Assembly (NCBI GenBank): GCA_964016885.1
Contig: OZ024742.1
Coordinates: 243,970,001-244,034,000, forward strand
Direction: 5' to 3'
Origin: Eledone cirrhosa
Taxonomy: Eukaryota
Length of the DNA: 64,000 nt
The position numbers and the translations under genes are program-made. Of this stretch, positions 53,092 to 64,000 are shown piece by piece. Each line of letters opens with the position of its first letter. The first letter of the stretch is position 1. A model generated the notes under the pieces. That model did no database searches and was not told the origin of the DNA. It was given only the letters and a program-made list of their open reading frames with translations.

Positions 53092-56000
53092 CATAACCCC
53101 ATCCCCCACCGCCCCCAACCCCCAAACGCAATCCAAAACTTCAGAGTTGGTACCATAAATGTAGGCACCCTAAAGGGTCGCGCTAACGAGGTTGTAGAAA
53201 TGCTTGAACGTAAGGAGGTCGATGTTTGTTGTATTCAAGAGACCAGGTGGAGGGGTGGGTCTGCTAGATTCATTGAGGGTAAAAAACGATGTTATAAGCT
53301 TTTCTGGGTGGGAAACGACGATGGGCTGGGTGGAGTAGGAATCATGGTAGCAGAAAAGTGGGCAGATAAGATAATAGACGTAAATAGAATGAACGACAGA
53401 ATAATTAAAATACGACTTGTCCTCAATAGAACTACGGTGACAGTAATATCTGCGTACGCACCCCAATCCGGACTGCCCGGCACTATAAAAGACAGATTCT
53501 ATGAGACACTGATGCTAACTACCTCCCAAATATCCGACAGTGACTATATAATTATTGCAGGCGACCTAAATGGTCACGTTGGACAACATTGTGACGGCTA
53601 CGACGAAATCCATGGAGGCTATGGGTTTGGTACTAGAAATGAGGAAGGCTCCAGAATCCTGGAATTCTGTGATGCAAATAACCTAACTATCTGTAACACT
53701 AACTTCAAAAAACGTGACAATCACCTGATCACCTATAGATCCGGGGAACACACAAGCCAGGTAGATTATATCCTTACCAGAAGACGTGACAGAGTGTCTG
53801 TTGTAAACACTAAATCCCTCCCCCATGAAGAATGCACCTCCCAATATAGACTGATAATTAGCGACCTCATAGTCAGGACGAGACGTACTCGACAGCAGAA
53901 GAGGACTATCCTCAGGAGAAAAATATGGAAGCTAAAGGACCCCACAGCCAGAAATAAATTTCAAAGCATATTACTTGATGCTTTCGACAGTAAGGAAGAA
54001 CATTTAGAGTCGGACAATATAGAGGGACAGTGGGAATTTCTGAAAGCAAACCTGCTGTTGGCAACAGATGAAGTCTGTGGCTGGAGCAGGCCTGTAGGCA
54101 GGGGGAGAGTAACATGGTGGTGGAACAGTAAGGTGGAGGGGTCAATTAAGGCCAAAAAGCAGGCTTGGAAAGTATGGCGGGATGTGGGGAAGTAGAGAAG
54201 ACTATCAAGTGGCCAGGAGGGAAGCTAGGAGACAAGTGTACTTAGCAAGAAGGGAAGCTGAGGAAAGAAAGTTCAAGCATGTTCTACAACGCGATGACCA
54301 AAAACGTGAGGTGTTCAGGATTGCTAGGCAATGCGTCAAGGAAAACCGTGATATTGTCGGGGAGAAGTGTGTACTTAACGATGATGGCATACTTGCCACC
54401 ACCGACGCTGATAAGAAGGTAGCTTGGAAGTGTCACTATGAAAGGCTACTAAATGAGGAGAATAAATGGGAGAAAGACAATCTCCCCCATATCGACCCAA
54501 TAGAGGGACCAGCAGTGTTAGTCGAGGGGAGTATAATAAGTAAGGCAATCAAGGATATGAAGACGGGTAAGGCGGCTGGGCCTTCGGAAATAGTTGCTGA
54601 GATGCTGAAGGCATCTGGCACGGTGGGACACACCATGGTCACCCGCATAGTTAACCAAGTCGTACAGAATGGGGTTGTTCCGAAGGACTGGCATAGCAGC
54701 ATCATCGTTAACTGTTATAAGGGTAAAGGAGACGCCCTAGATAGGAGTAACTATAGAGGCATTAAATTAATCGACCAGGTCATGAAGGTCACGGAAAAAG
54801 TAATAGCACAACTAATCAGAGAGAGAATTGACCTAGATGAAATGCAGTTCGGGTTTGTGTCAGGCAAAAGTACGACAGACGCTCTTTTCATTGTACGACA
54901 ACTACAGGAGAAGTACCTAGCTAAAGGTAAACCCCTCTACTTAGCTTTTGTCGACTTGGAGAAAGCCTTCGACAGAGTCCCCCGCTCCATTATCTGGTGG
55001 GCTCTTAGAAAACTAGGCGTTGACGAATGGCTTGTGAGAGCTATACAAGCCATGTATAAAGAAACAGTCAGCAAGGTTAGAATTAACAACGAATATAGTG
55101 AAGAGTTTAGCGTAAAAGTTGGCGCCCATCAGGGCTCTGTTCTCAGCCCCCTACTATTTATTATTGCCCTTCAGGCTATAACAGAGGAGTTCAAGACCGG
55201 CTGCCATGGGAACTCCTATACGCAGACGACCTGACACTCATAGCGGAATCAATGGCCGAGCTAGAGAAGAAATTCCAAACATGGAAGCACGGCCTAGAAT
55301 CAAAAGGACTTAAAATTAACCTGGCTTAAACTAAAGTGCTAGTTTGTAGGAAAGAAAATAAGGCGGCGGTCCCTTCTGGGAAATGGTCGTGCTCGGTGTG
55401 TAGGAAAGGCGTAGGTAGAAACTCCATTTTATGTCCTAAATGCAAAGTATGGGTGCATAAAAGATGTAGTGGGATCATAGGTAAGCTAACTAAGAACATA
55501 GATTTTACATGTGGCCGGTGCTCTGATGCAATAAGTAGCAGCAAGTGCCCACAAAATACTAGCTCTTTCAATTGCGCAGAGGGTTCTATAGAAATAGTGG
55601 ACAGCTTCCGTTACCTGGGTGATAAAATCAGCAGTGGGGGAGGGTGCTCTGAAAGTACAGTAGCTAGAGTCAGAACTGGTTGGAAAAAGTTCAGAGAGCT
55701 TATACCACTATTAGCTGCTAAAGGGTTCTCCCTAAAAATGAAAGGCAGGTTGTACGATGCCTGCATACGAACAGCAATGTTGCATGGCAGTGAGACCTGG
55801 GCATTGTGTGCAGAGGATATACGCAGACTAGAGAGGAACGAAGCTTGCATGCTCCGCTGGATGTGTAACAGTAATATACATGAACGGCAAAGCATAAACG
55901 AACTAAGGAAAAAATTAGAAATAAGAGGGATCAGATGTTGTTTACTCGAGAGAAGGCTACGTTGGTATGGACACGTGATGCGCATGAAAGTCAATAGCTG

Positions 56001-56175
56001 TATAACAAACTGCAGGGCAATAAAGATAGAAGGTAGCCACGGAATAGGCAGACCTAGAAAAACCTGGGACGAGCTGATAAACTCCGACCTCACACACTTA
56101 CACCTCTCCAAGACAATGTCACTGGACCGAGACCTTTGGCGGTACTCAGTAACAGAGAAGACCCGCCTTACCTAA
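53092..56175 (+). pseudogene. Disrupted RTE ORF (APE-RT-PHD)
   Basis: The frame is broken by frameshifts near 54185 and near 55204 (GCPWELLYADD lacks one base) and by an in-frame TAA at 55327-55329 where K is expected in NLAKTKVL. A further shift is likely in the C-rich tract near 53095-53125. Confidence 0.85.
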
Positions 56176-57184
56176 ATACATAGTAAAACCTACTACAGCC
56201 AGTAGGCATCTCTAATAAAATACCCCCCCCCCCCCCCCCCTACATTAGGCTGATTGTCCTAGAATGTATAACATAAAACGATTAGTGCAATAACCAAGGT
56301 GATAAAGTAAGGAAAACTCAGCTGCAGACTAAAACTAGCCATTCAAATGTTAAGAATTTACATTTTTCTAGTATTTAAATGGAGATATTGAAATATCTCC
56401 CTAAATGAAATGCTAGCCTATCTTCTCTTCTTTGCCCACTTATTCTTGAGCAGAGTCCTCAGACACACCTTCCACCAATTATTTTGTTTATTTAGGTGAT
56501 TTCTAGTTTATCTTCTAAGTTGAGTTGAATAAATTGCCTTGCTTATAAGAACCATTGCAATAAGGTGAAATTTATATTTTATTATGGAGTATTTATTTTT
56601 CACACATTCAGCCCTCACAAGATGTCTCAAACATTTTGAAAATGAAGATTTGTATACATGCATACACAAATGCACTCACACATATATATCTGTATGGTAT
56701 TTATATTTGAGTTGTAACCACTAGTTTTATTGAATCCAGGACTCAGAGAAAAATGTTGATAATCAGGAAGAAAATGAACACAGACAGTAAATAAAAATAT
56801 ACCAAAATCATAATTAAAATGACTGTTAGCTTCTTCAGATCCAATAAGAGACAGACTCAATTCAGAAATAATATCTACATCAGAAAAGCTTCTTTTAGCT
56901 GTTTAGTTCTGTGCCAGGATAACCTTGTTCTGACTTTAACCTAGATCTTTCATTCCATGTCAACAACTCTTCTCAATCAATACTGATTGTTTCCTCCAAG
57001 ATTAATCGAAATAGAAAATTATTTGCTTCTTCTTCATCTTCATCTAGATATGGACAATTGGTAATATGTCTTTCTGAAAATGCAAAATTAGTTTTGTTTT
57101 TCTTTCTTTTTCATTTCTTCTTCTTATCTCTTTTTTTTTTTTCAACTCATCTAATTGTGTACATGTTTGTGTATGTACACACTC

Positions 57185-57227
<43 letters not shown>

Positions 57228-57705
57228 ATACACACACAGAGAAATATCCCCAATTTTGAGTGTGTGTTTGGGGTGGGTGGGGGTGCATATATGCAATAAT
57301 CAACAAGAAATAAGCCTCATGCCTTTGGCAAATATGCTGTTTCCCTATTCAACCAACACTAAATTTGTTTTTAAATTTAGCTACATATATCTCAATGTTT
57401 ATAGAACTCTCTATCCCAAATTTCAACGACCCTTGGAGCCAGTGTTTATCTCTGGTTAAGTAGATGAGAGATAACTCTTCTCCTGGATAGGAAGCTCGGC
57501 TATTCAGGATAACTTTTATTAGTATTGGGAAAACTGAATTCAGCATTGTAAGCCTAAGAACCATTCACCATTTCCATATTGCTGCTACTACAGCATGTAG
57601 TTGTGAATTATCCAAACTTTTAGTCAGAATAACAGTATTATGTAGATGATCTGATTACTTCTTTAGGTATCAGAGGGACAGTGTCTAGCCATTGCAATTT
57701 TCATT

Positions 57706-58071
57706 TTAACCCTTTAGCATTTAAACCGGCCATATCCAGCCAGAACTCTCTCACCTCTTTCTGTTCAAATTGACTGTAACTGGCCAATCATACTAATGTT
57801 AAGATATTATTTTCAAAATAAATAATATTAAAATCTCATAGATTCGATATTATGTGGAGTAAAGACTTTACCGCGAAAATACGATGGTATATATAGAGTC
57901 ATCATCATCATCATCATCATCATCATCGTTTAACGTCCATCTTCCACGCTTGCATGGGTTTGGACGTGAATTTTCCCACTTGAGGCAGGATTGGTTGTCT
58001 TGCTCGTATAGGACTGTCTGGCGGGTTTTCTACGGCTGGATGCCCTTCCTAACATAATGTTAAAGGGTTAA
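57706..58071 (-). mobile_element. piggyBac-type MITE family A (reverse orientation) carrying an RTE tail
   Basis: TTAACCCTTTAGCATTTAAACCGGCC...AATGTTAAAGGGTTAA; interior is the reverse complement of the other copies. Confidence 0.85.
57901..58053 (-). mobile_element. Very short 3' tail of the RTE family, inserted in a piggyBac-type MITE
   Basis: (ATC)n followed by ttccacgcttgcatgggtttggacg...ggactgtctggcgggttttctac.gctggatgcccttcctaac, matching 24460-24590. Confidence 0.85.
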
Positions 58072-58543
58072 ACTGTAAGATATACATATTTGATGACTTC
58101 TTTGGGGTTTCTTTGTTGCTGTTTTTTGTGTTTTTTTTTGTTACATATAAATGTCCCACTTTTTTTTATATAATAAGTAAAAGCTAAAAAAAAATATCTG
58201 AGTCCTATGCAAACATTAAATGTTTACATGCCATCAAATATATGGTATATGTATGTATGGCATATGTGTGTGCACTCAAGCACACACACAGGCACAAGGA
58301 AACTTCTATGTGGTGACACAACACACAGATGTATTAGATATTGTAAACAGATATATTGGATATTGTAATCAAGGATTCACTAAACTTGAAATTTAATAAA
58401 ATAAACCCAGAATGGTCACACCTGGAATGTATTTGGTCATGATCTGATTGATCCAGGCTGGCTGTTACTAAACAACAATAACATGCACACATTTACTCAT
58501 ACCCCATGTTAAAGAGATGTATGTTTGTGTGTGTGCATGTGCG

Positions 58544-58739
58544 TTAACCCGTAAGCATTTAATTACTCTATATTTATTGTGTTTTCACAGTAAACACTTT
58601 ATCTCACATAAATCGAATCTGAGATTTTGATATTTATTTTGAGAACAATACCTTAACATAAGTATGAACAGCTGGTTTGAACAGAAAGAGGTGAGAGAAT
58701 TCTGGCTGGATATGGCCAGTTTAAATGCTAAAGGGTTAA
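58544..58739 (+). mobile_element. piggyBac-type MITE family A
   Basis: TTAACCCGTAAGCATTT...AAATGCTAAAGGGTTAA. Confidence 0.85.
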
Positions 58740-60012
58740 TGGATGTTGACAAGTTTCTTATGGGTGCATTGCTGAATGATTAAAAAATCCGCTTCTGGAC
58801 TTTAGAGTTTCACATTCAGTCCTACTGAGTGGCACCTTGAGCAAGTATCTTCTACCATGGCCTCAGATTGATCAACACTTTGTATATCTATCTGTAATTG
58901 GTAGATCCAGCCTTGTTCTGGACAATGCCATTCTAACTCTGCCTGAATATTAACGATTAGTATTCAGAAAATCAAGTGGGAAAATATGGAAATTTAATAG
59001 TATTTCTTAGAGAAATACTGTTGACTAGGAAACTCAGACCCAAGAAAATATACTCCTACCAGTGAACCAGCCACAGATTCATAATAGGTTTTTTTTTAAA
59101 AAATCTTTATTTACAAAATGAATAGGTATCTCTCTTATTTTTCCTCTCACTTTCTCTCTCAATCATACTCATATATATGTTATATAAGATACTCACTGAA
59201 TACATTGTCTGGCAGAGTGCACCACTGTCCTCAGGGGAGGGTTTGTCAGTTTATTGTGCTGCCTACTGCTTGTAATGCTACCCAGTGCTAGGAACCGTAC
59301 CACCTTGTGATATCTATTTACATTTATAAGGACCGAGCCACTGAGCATTAAAAAAATATGTCTTGTTCACACAGGAGTAGTGGCAAGGATATGAAGTATA
59401 GACCCTTCAGCTTGTAATTTGCCTTTCTATCAATACAGTCAGCTGCAACTACACAAAACTAAAATGTCCTGTAAGTCTTAATGAGTTATTGAGTCACCTC
59501 TAAATACTTCATATAGAGTGTAGAAGGTTACAGCTAGGAATTGAAATTATGAAGAATAAAGAAAGTGAAATGACTCAAGCAGTAATTGAACCTGTCTTGC
59601 AGATTTCATTCACTCAGAACTTATTGCTACATACACATGTATAGAATTGTTTTTATATGCACCAGCACACATACACATGTATACATGCATCAAATATATA
59701 TATATATATATATGGTGTGATTTTTATACATGTAGAATGTTAAATATGTATAAAATAATACATTTTTATACTGGCAAAATACATATGACATTTTTTTCAT
59801 AAGTTAGAAAGGAAAGGGCTGTGACCATGACCTTTCCAGTCCTTCCCTGATTGATGAGATTGATATAAATAATCATCATTTGTTGTCCTTTTTTTAAAAT
59901 CTTACACAAATTCTTCAATGATTTGTCCCCTCCCTCCCTCCCCCATATGTGCTTTTACACTTTTGTTCAACAACCCCTCACTATCTGTACCCCCCCCCCA
60001 TTTATCTATACC

Positions 60013-60082
<70 letters not shown>

Positions 60083-60255
60083 GAGCTTCTAAGGTAAATG
60101 CTATATAATCGCCTCTGTGAAAATAGATTAAACAATCCTACTCATACATAACTTACAGGCCTTTAACTTGAAATAAATACAAAAGAAATTTTCGTTAATA
60201 ATAAATTATTGCTTTTCTAAGCTATATTTCTTTTCCTTGACTTTACCCCCCTTCC

Positions 60256-60295
<40 letters not shown>

Positions 60296-60723
60296 ATGTT
60301 TTGCACTTCCTGCTTGCTTAGTTGGTTAAAGTGTACAATTGTAAAATCCTTGACGTTAAAACTTTCAGCTTAGAAACAATGTTGTTTTAATTTTTTTTTT
60401 TTTTTTTTTGTTTAGAATCTTTTGAATTCTTTCAAAAGAATTAGATATTTTTCAACGATTGCATAAGAACAGAAAATGTAATACAAAAATTCTTTGATTC
60501 TTTTTTGGTTTATTTTTTAAAAATATAATTTTTCTTTATACATTTTCTTTTCTTAAAATAGTTGTTTCATCATAATTTCTACATAGATTTAGATATAAAT
60601 CATTTTGTTTATGTGTGTGTATAGAAAAACGAGCAGGCAGCATGGTTTCCTTCTTTTTTTGTATGTTTTTGTACATGAATTGCATGCACATGCATGTATA
60701 CAAACACATATACAGTCACTTCA

Positions 60724-60821
<98 letters not shown>

Positions 60822-60852
60822 CCTCCCTCCCCTCCTCCCCCCCTCTCTCTCT

Positions 60853-60971
<119 letters not shown>

Positions 60972-62415
60972 GTCAAATGTAAATGTTGACAGATAAAGAT
61001 TGCAGCTGTAACATGTAATATAATTCACATAACTATAAAACTCTGGTCTCTCTATTAAACTATGTCAAGTATTTGTAAGTGTTTTGTCTTAGATGCATGC
61101 ACGGAAGTTTTTGAACAAAATAATAAATAATCTGTCCATATTGGCATTAAATGAAACAGGACCATGTCTTGAAAATTGCAACCGAAAGGCATTCAGTCAT
61201 CGTACTTAAACTTTAAAGTATATGGGATTGTGTGTTTGTGTGTGGTGGATAAATGTATTTATGTGTGTGCAACTGCATATCTCGGCTATCTGATTTATTT
61301 ACTTTAAAGCTGATACTTGGAGGTTTTGTTTGTTTGTTCACGTTTCCATACCCATACCATAGCACATAAAATTTGCTTTCTGAGCATTTAGTTAACATGC
61401 CTTTTTTTTTTTTAATCACCATGTTTATATGTTTTGCTTCCTTCCAGTTGAAACAATCACTATTTTCAAATTATATAATGTTGTTAGGTATCAAGATTAT
61501 TGCTACTGGTACTGCAGCTGTACTTAGAGGTTGCTATAGCAGCAGTCTATTCACCATTATAATAGCAGTTGGAATCCACCTTCTCAACTGAAATATGTTG
61601 CTATTTCTGTTGCTATATGGAGAGCTAAATTATCATGTCTACCTTACCTAATTTTTCTTTTCTTTTTATGTTATAAAATACGAGTATGATTAAAAATGTT
61701 ATTCACATATGCTCAGTTTCATAATAATATTACTATTACAGTTTTAGAATATGGAACATAAAAACCTCTTCCCATTTTTTTTTCAAAAAAGAGAAAGAAA
61801 GATGGGGTGGGCCCATAGCCTGTAGAAGCAATTCATGGATTATAAAAATGAACAGTTTGAGAGACAAAGAAGACATTACACTGTAATGTGTCTCTTGTCT
61901 GACAGTGTCTACTGTTGCTGTGCTATGTGATTTTTTCCAATCACAATACCTGCTACACGTTCCATAAATATAGGCTGAATCTACTGTCAACTGGACAGAT
62001 ATTAATTACTCTTTGTCACCTACACTACCACTTCTTCATTCTTATTTCTCTAAAGTACTCTTTTCTGTAGACTACACCCTCTGTGCTTTACTGATTCTAA
62101 TCCTGATCCTGCACAGACTATATTCTCATGTCTACTAACATAAAAAGCAAGCATTCCACATGATCTGGAAACCATGCTTATTATATTGACCTATCTACTT
62201 TCCACTTCATAACCCTCAGCCTGCTCATGTATTGACAAGAAAATAGTGCATACCTGCTGGAAACTTTCTTCATGTTTGTACACATACTCAACATGTACAT
62301 TGTAGTGTGTGTATGTACACATGCCTTGTTTTAGAATATTACTACTCAGATTTTAATCAAGCAAAACATATGATCAAGTATGTTCCAGCTATGTTCCAGC
62401 TGTGACTATCCCAAT

Positions 62416-62455
<40 letters not shown>

Positions 62456-62631
62456 GACTACAATGTCCCATATATCTATATGATTTTAAGACAGTAAGAT
62501 CTAACAAAGTGATATTTGACTGGTGTTTCTAGTAGGCTGAGTAACTTTGTAAAGGCATTCTTGAGGTTTCATAATTATTTCTTTTATCCTTATATTTTAT
62601 TAGTTTCACTCAGTTGACATTAGTTATTTTG

Positions 62632-62995
62632 GGATACATCTCCGACTGCTGCCTGAATGCTGGTCGTTTTGCCCACCATATCAAGCTAAACCTGATCATC
62701 AAAGAGGCCCTGGCTTGGGTAAATAAATATCCCCTCAGTTCTGGAGCCGGTTGGATAATCCAGAATTGATGGGAAGAAACCAATACCCTTTGTCTCTGGG
62801 TATGAGGCAGATATCTTATCTGAGATGCCACAGTCAGTGACTTTTTTACTCCCTCCCACATCATGGATACTGCGGTAAAATGTGATGGTCACTACTTCCA
62901 TTGCCGAATGGAATAAAATTTGGAAATACCTGAATTTATCTAATAACCATTTTTTGCAGTCTGTGGCATTCAAGATGTTTGATGGAATTGGGCAG
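62632..62995 (+). mobile_element. Remnant of an early-branching (CRE-like) non-LTR retrotransposon: zinc knuckle + restriction-like endonuclease
   Basis: With frameshifts: CCLNAGRFAHHIKLNLIIKEALAWVNIPSVLEPVG*SRIDGKKP...GRYLI*DATVSDFFTPSHI...IAEWNKIWKYLNL...SVAFKMFDGIG. This follows the C-GR-H-LN-EP-G-DGKRPD-WD-KY-VAFET layout of RLE domains. Confidence 0.78.
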
Positions 62996-63112
62996 CTGGC
63001 AGTGAAGTAATGCCCATGAGGGTGCCTGGTTGTTCCAGCGATTAGCCTCCACTATCACCCGTGGTAATGCTGCTAGCGTATTGGCCCCAGCACTTTGTCT
63101 GGTACTTGTTTA

Positions 63113-63374
63113 TTAACTCTTTTAACACCAAACTACCTAGAAAAACACTTGGTTTTACAACAGATTGTTTATTTTTAAATGTTTATATTTATCTAAAAAT
63201 CTTCAATCATAATTTTATGTAAGAACCTTTAAGTTAGGCTCCAAACACTAGTTTAATAATGAGAAAGTTAGTTATATTTCTAATTTTCTAAAAATTCTTG
63301 ATTACTTTCAAAATAATTTGAAAACCATAGGTAGTGTCTTTCATTATAAAAAAAAATGATAATAAAAGGGTTAA
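63113..63374. mobile_element. piggyBac-type MITE family B
   Basis: TTAACTCTTTTAACACCAAACTACC...AATAAAAGGGTTAA; interior similar to 13145-13401. Confidence 0.6.
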
Positions 63375-63768
63375 ACCTTGTGATATGTGAAAAGCAAGCT
63401 GTTCATTTGGCTCAAAGGGAGTTAACACAGTCATCAAACTTGTTATATTGACCCTAGTGCTCGAGTGGTACATTATTTTATTAACCCTGGAAAGATGAAA
63501 AGCAATATGTATGTAGCTGTAGAAGACACTTGTAGTTGTCATGAGATAAACCTTGGGCTATGTGACTGTCAAAGGAACTTAACCTCACAGTTGTGAGTCA
63601 GATAAATTTAGAGGAGTGTAGGAATGAACTTCTCTTGCCACATGATTAATATCCTGCTCTGTCTGTAACAGGGTGCAGCATACAACTTTTATCTTTTTCC
63701 TTGTGGTTAATAAAGAATTCTACATCTTCCTCAAAAGATGTGTGATATTCCTGTTGTTAACCTGTTTT

Positions 63769-63823
<55 letters not shown>

Positions 63824-63849
63824 ACATCATCATCACCACCATCATCACC

Positions 63850-63883
<34 letters not shown>

Positions 63884-64000
63884 TGGTGGTAGTAGTGCAT
63901 TGGCAAAATTGTTAGGGCATCAGAGAAAATGCTTTATGGCATTTTTTCTGGATCGTCACATTTAGAGTTCAAATCTTAGCGAGGTCAAATTTGGCTTTTG

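Larger units (their letters stand above)
52594..56240 (+). mobile_element. Near-full-length RTE-clade non-LTR retrotransposon (APE endonuclease + RT + embedded PHD finger), 3'-UTR truncated
   Basis: APE motifs RVGTINVGTL, CCIQETRW, ISAYAPQ, AGDLNGHVG, SQVDYIL. RT motifs NYRGIKL, QFGF, AFVDLEKAFDRV, HQGSVLSPLLF, YADD (55219-55230), FRYLG, LHGSETW, RRLRWYGHVMR, GRPRKTW. The 5' boundary is approximate. Confidence 0.95.

Noticed and set aside
55611-56111. Antisense ORFs over the RTE (also 48874-49362)
   Set aside because: Shadow ORFs of LINE coding sequence with no independent motifs.
60081-60098. cag|agcttctaag|gtaaat after (CT)n as a possible micro-exon
   Set aside because: 10 nt is not frame-preserving, the donor is weak, and the pyrimidine tract is just a microsatellite.

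Overview
AT-rich, repeat-dense animal genomic DNA, most likely from an octopod cephalopod (inferred from the tRNA-derived SINEs and RTE LINEs, not proven). Almost all of the window looks intronic. The only host coding sequence I can support is one 114-bp, phase-0 exon on the + strand (15181-15294) encoding part of the N-terminal domain of ZMIZ1; it is absent from the ORF track. The rest is transposon material: one near-full-length but disrupted RTE-clade LINE (about 52.6-56.2 kb) whose reverse transcriptase carries an embedded C4HC3 PHD finger; many fragments of at least three RTE families; a Penelope-like (GIY-YIG) remnant; a CRE-type restriction-like endonuclease remnant; TTAA/piggyBac-type, Tc1/mariner-type and hAT-type MITEs; many SINE copies; four minisatellites and many microsatellites. 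The most interesting signals are the PHD finger inside the RT, a clean twin-priming-type 5' inversion of an RTE, serial SINE insertions at one regenerated target, nested insertions with target-site duplications, and a nested 115-nt hairpin. Most ORFs in the supplied track are microsatellite artefacts. Family assignments come from motif recognition only; no database search was run.
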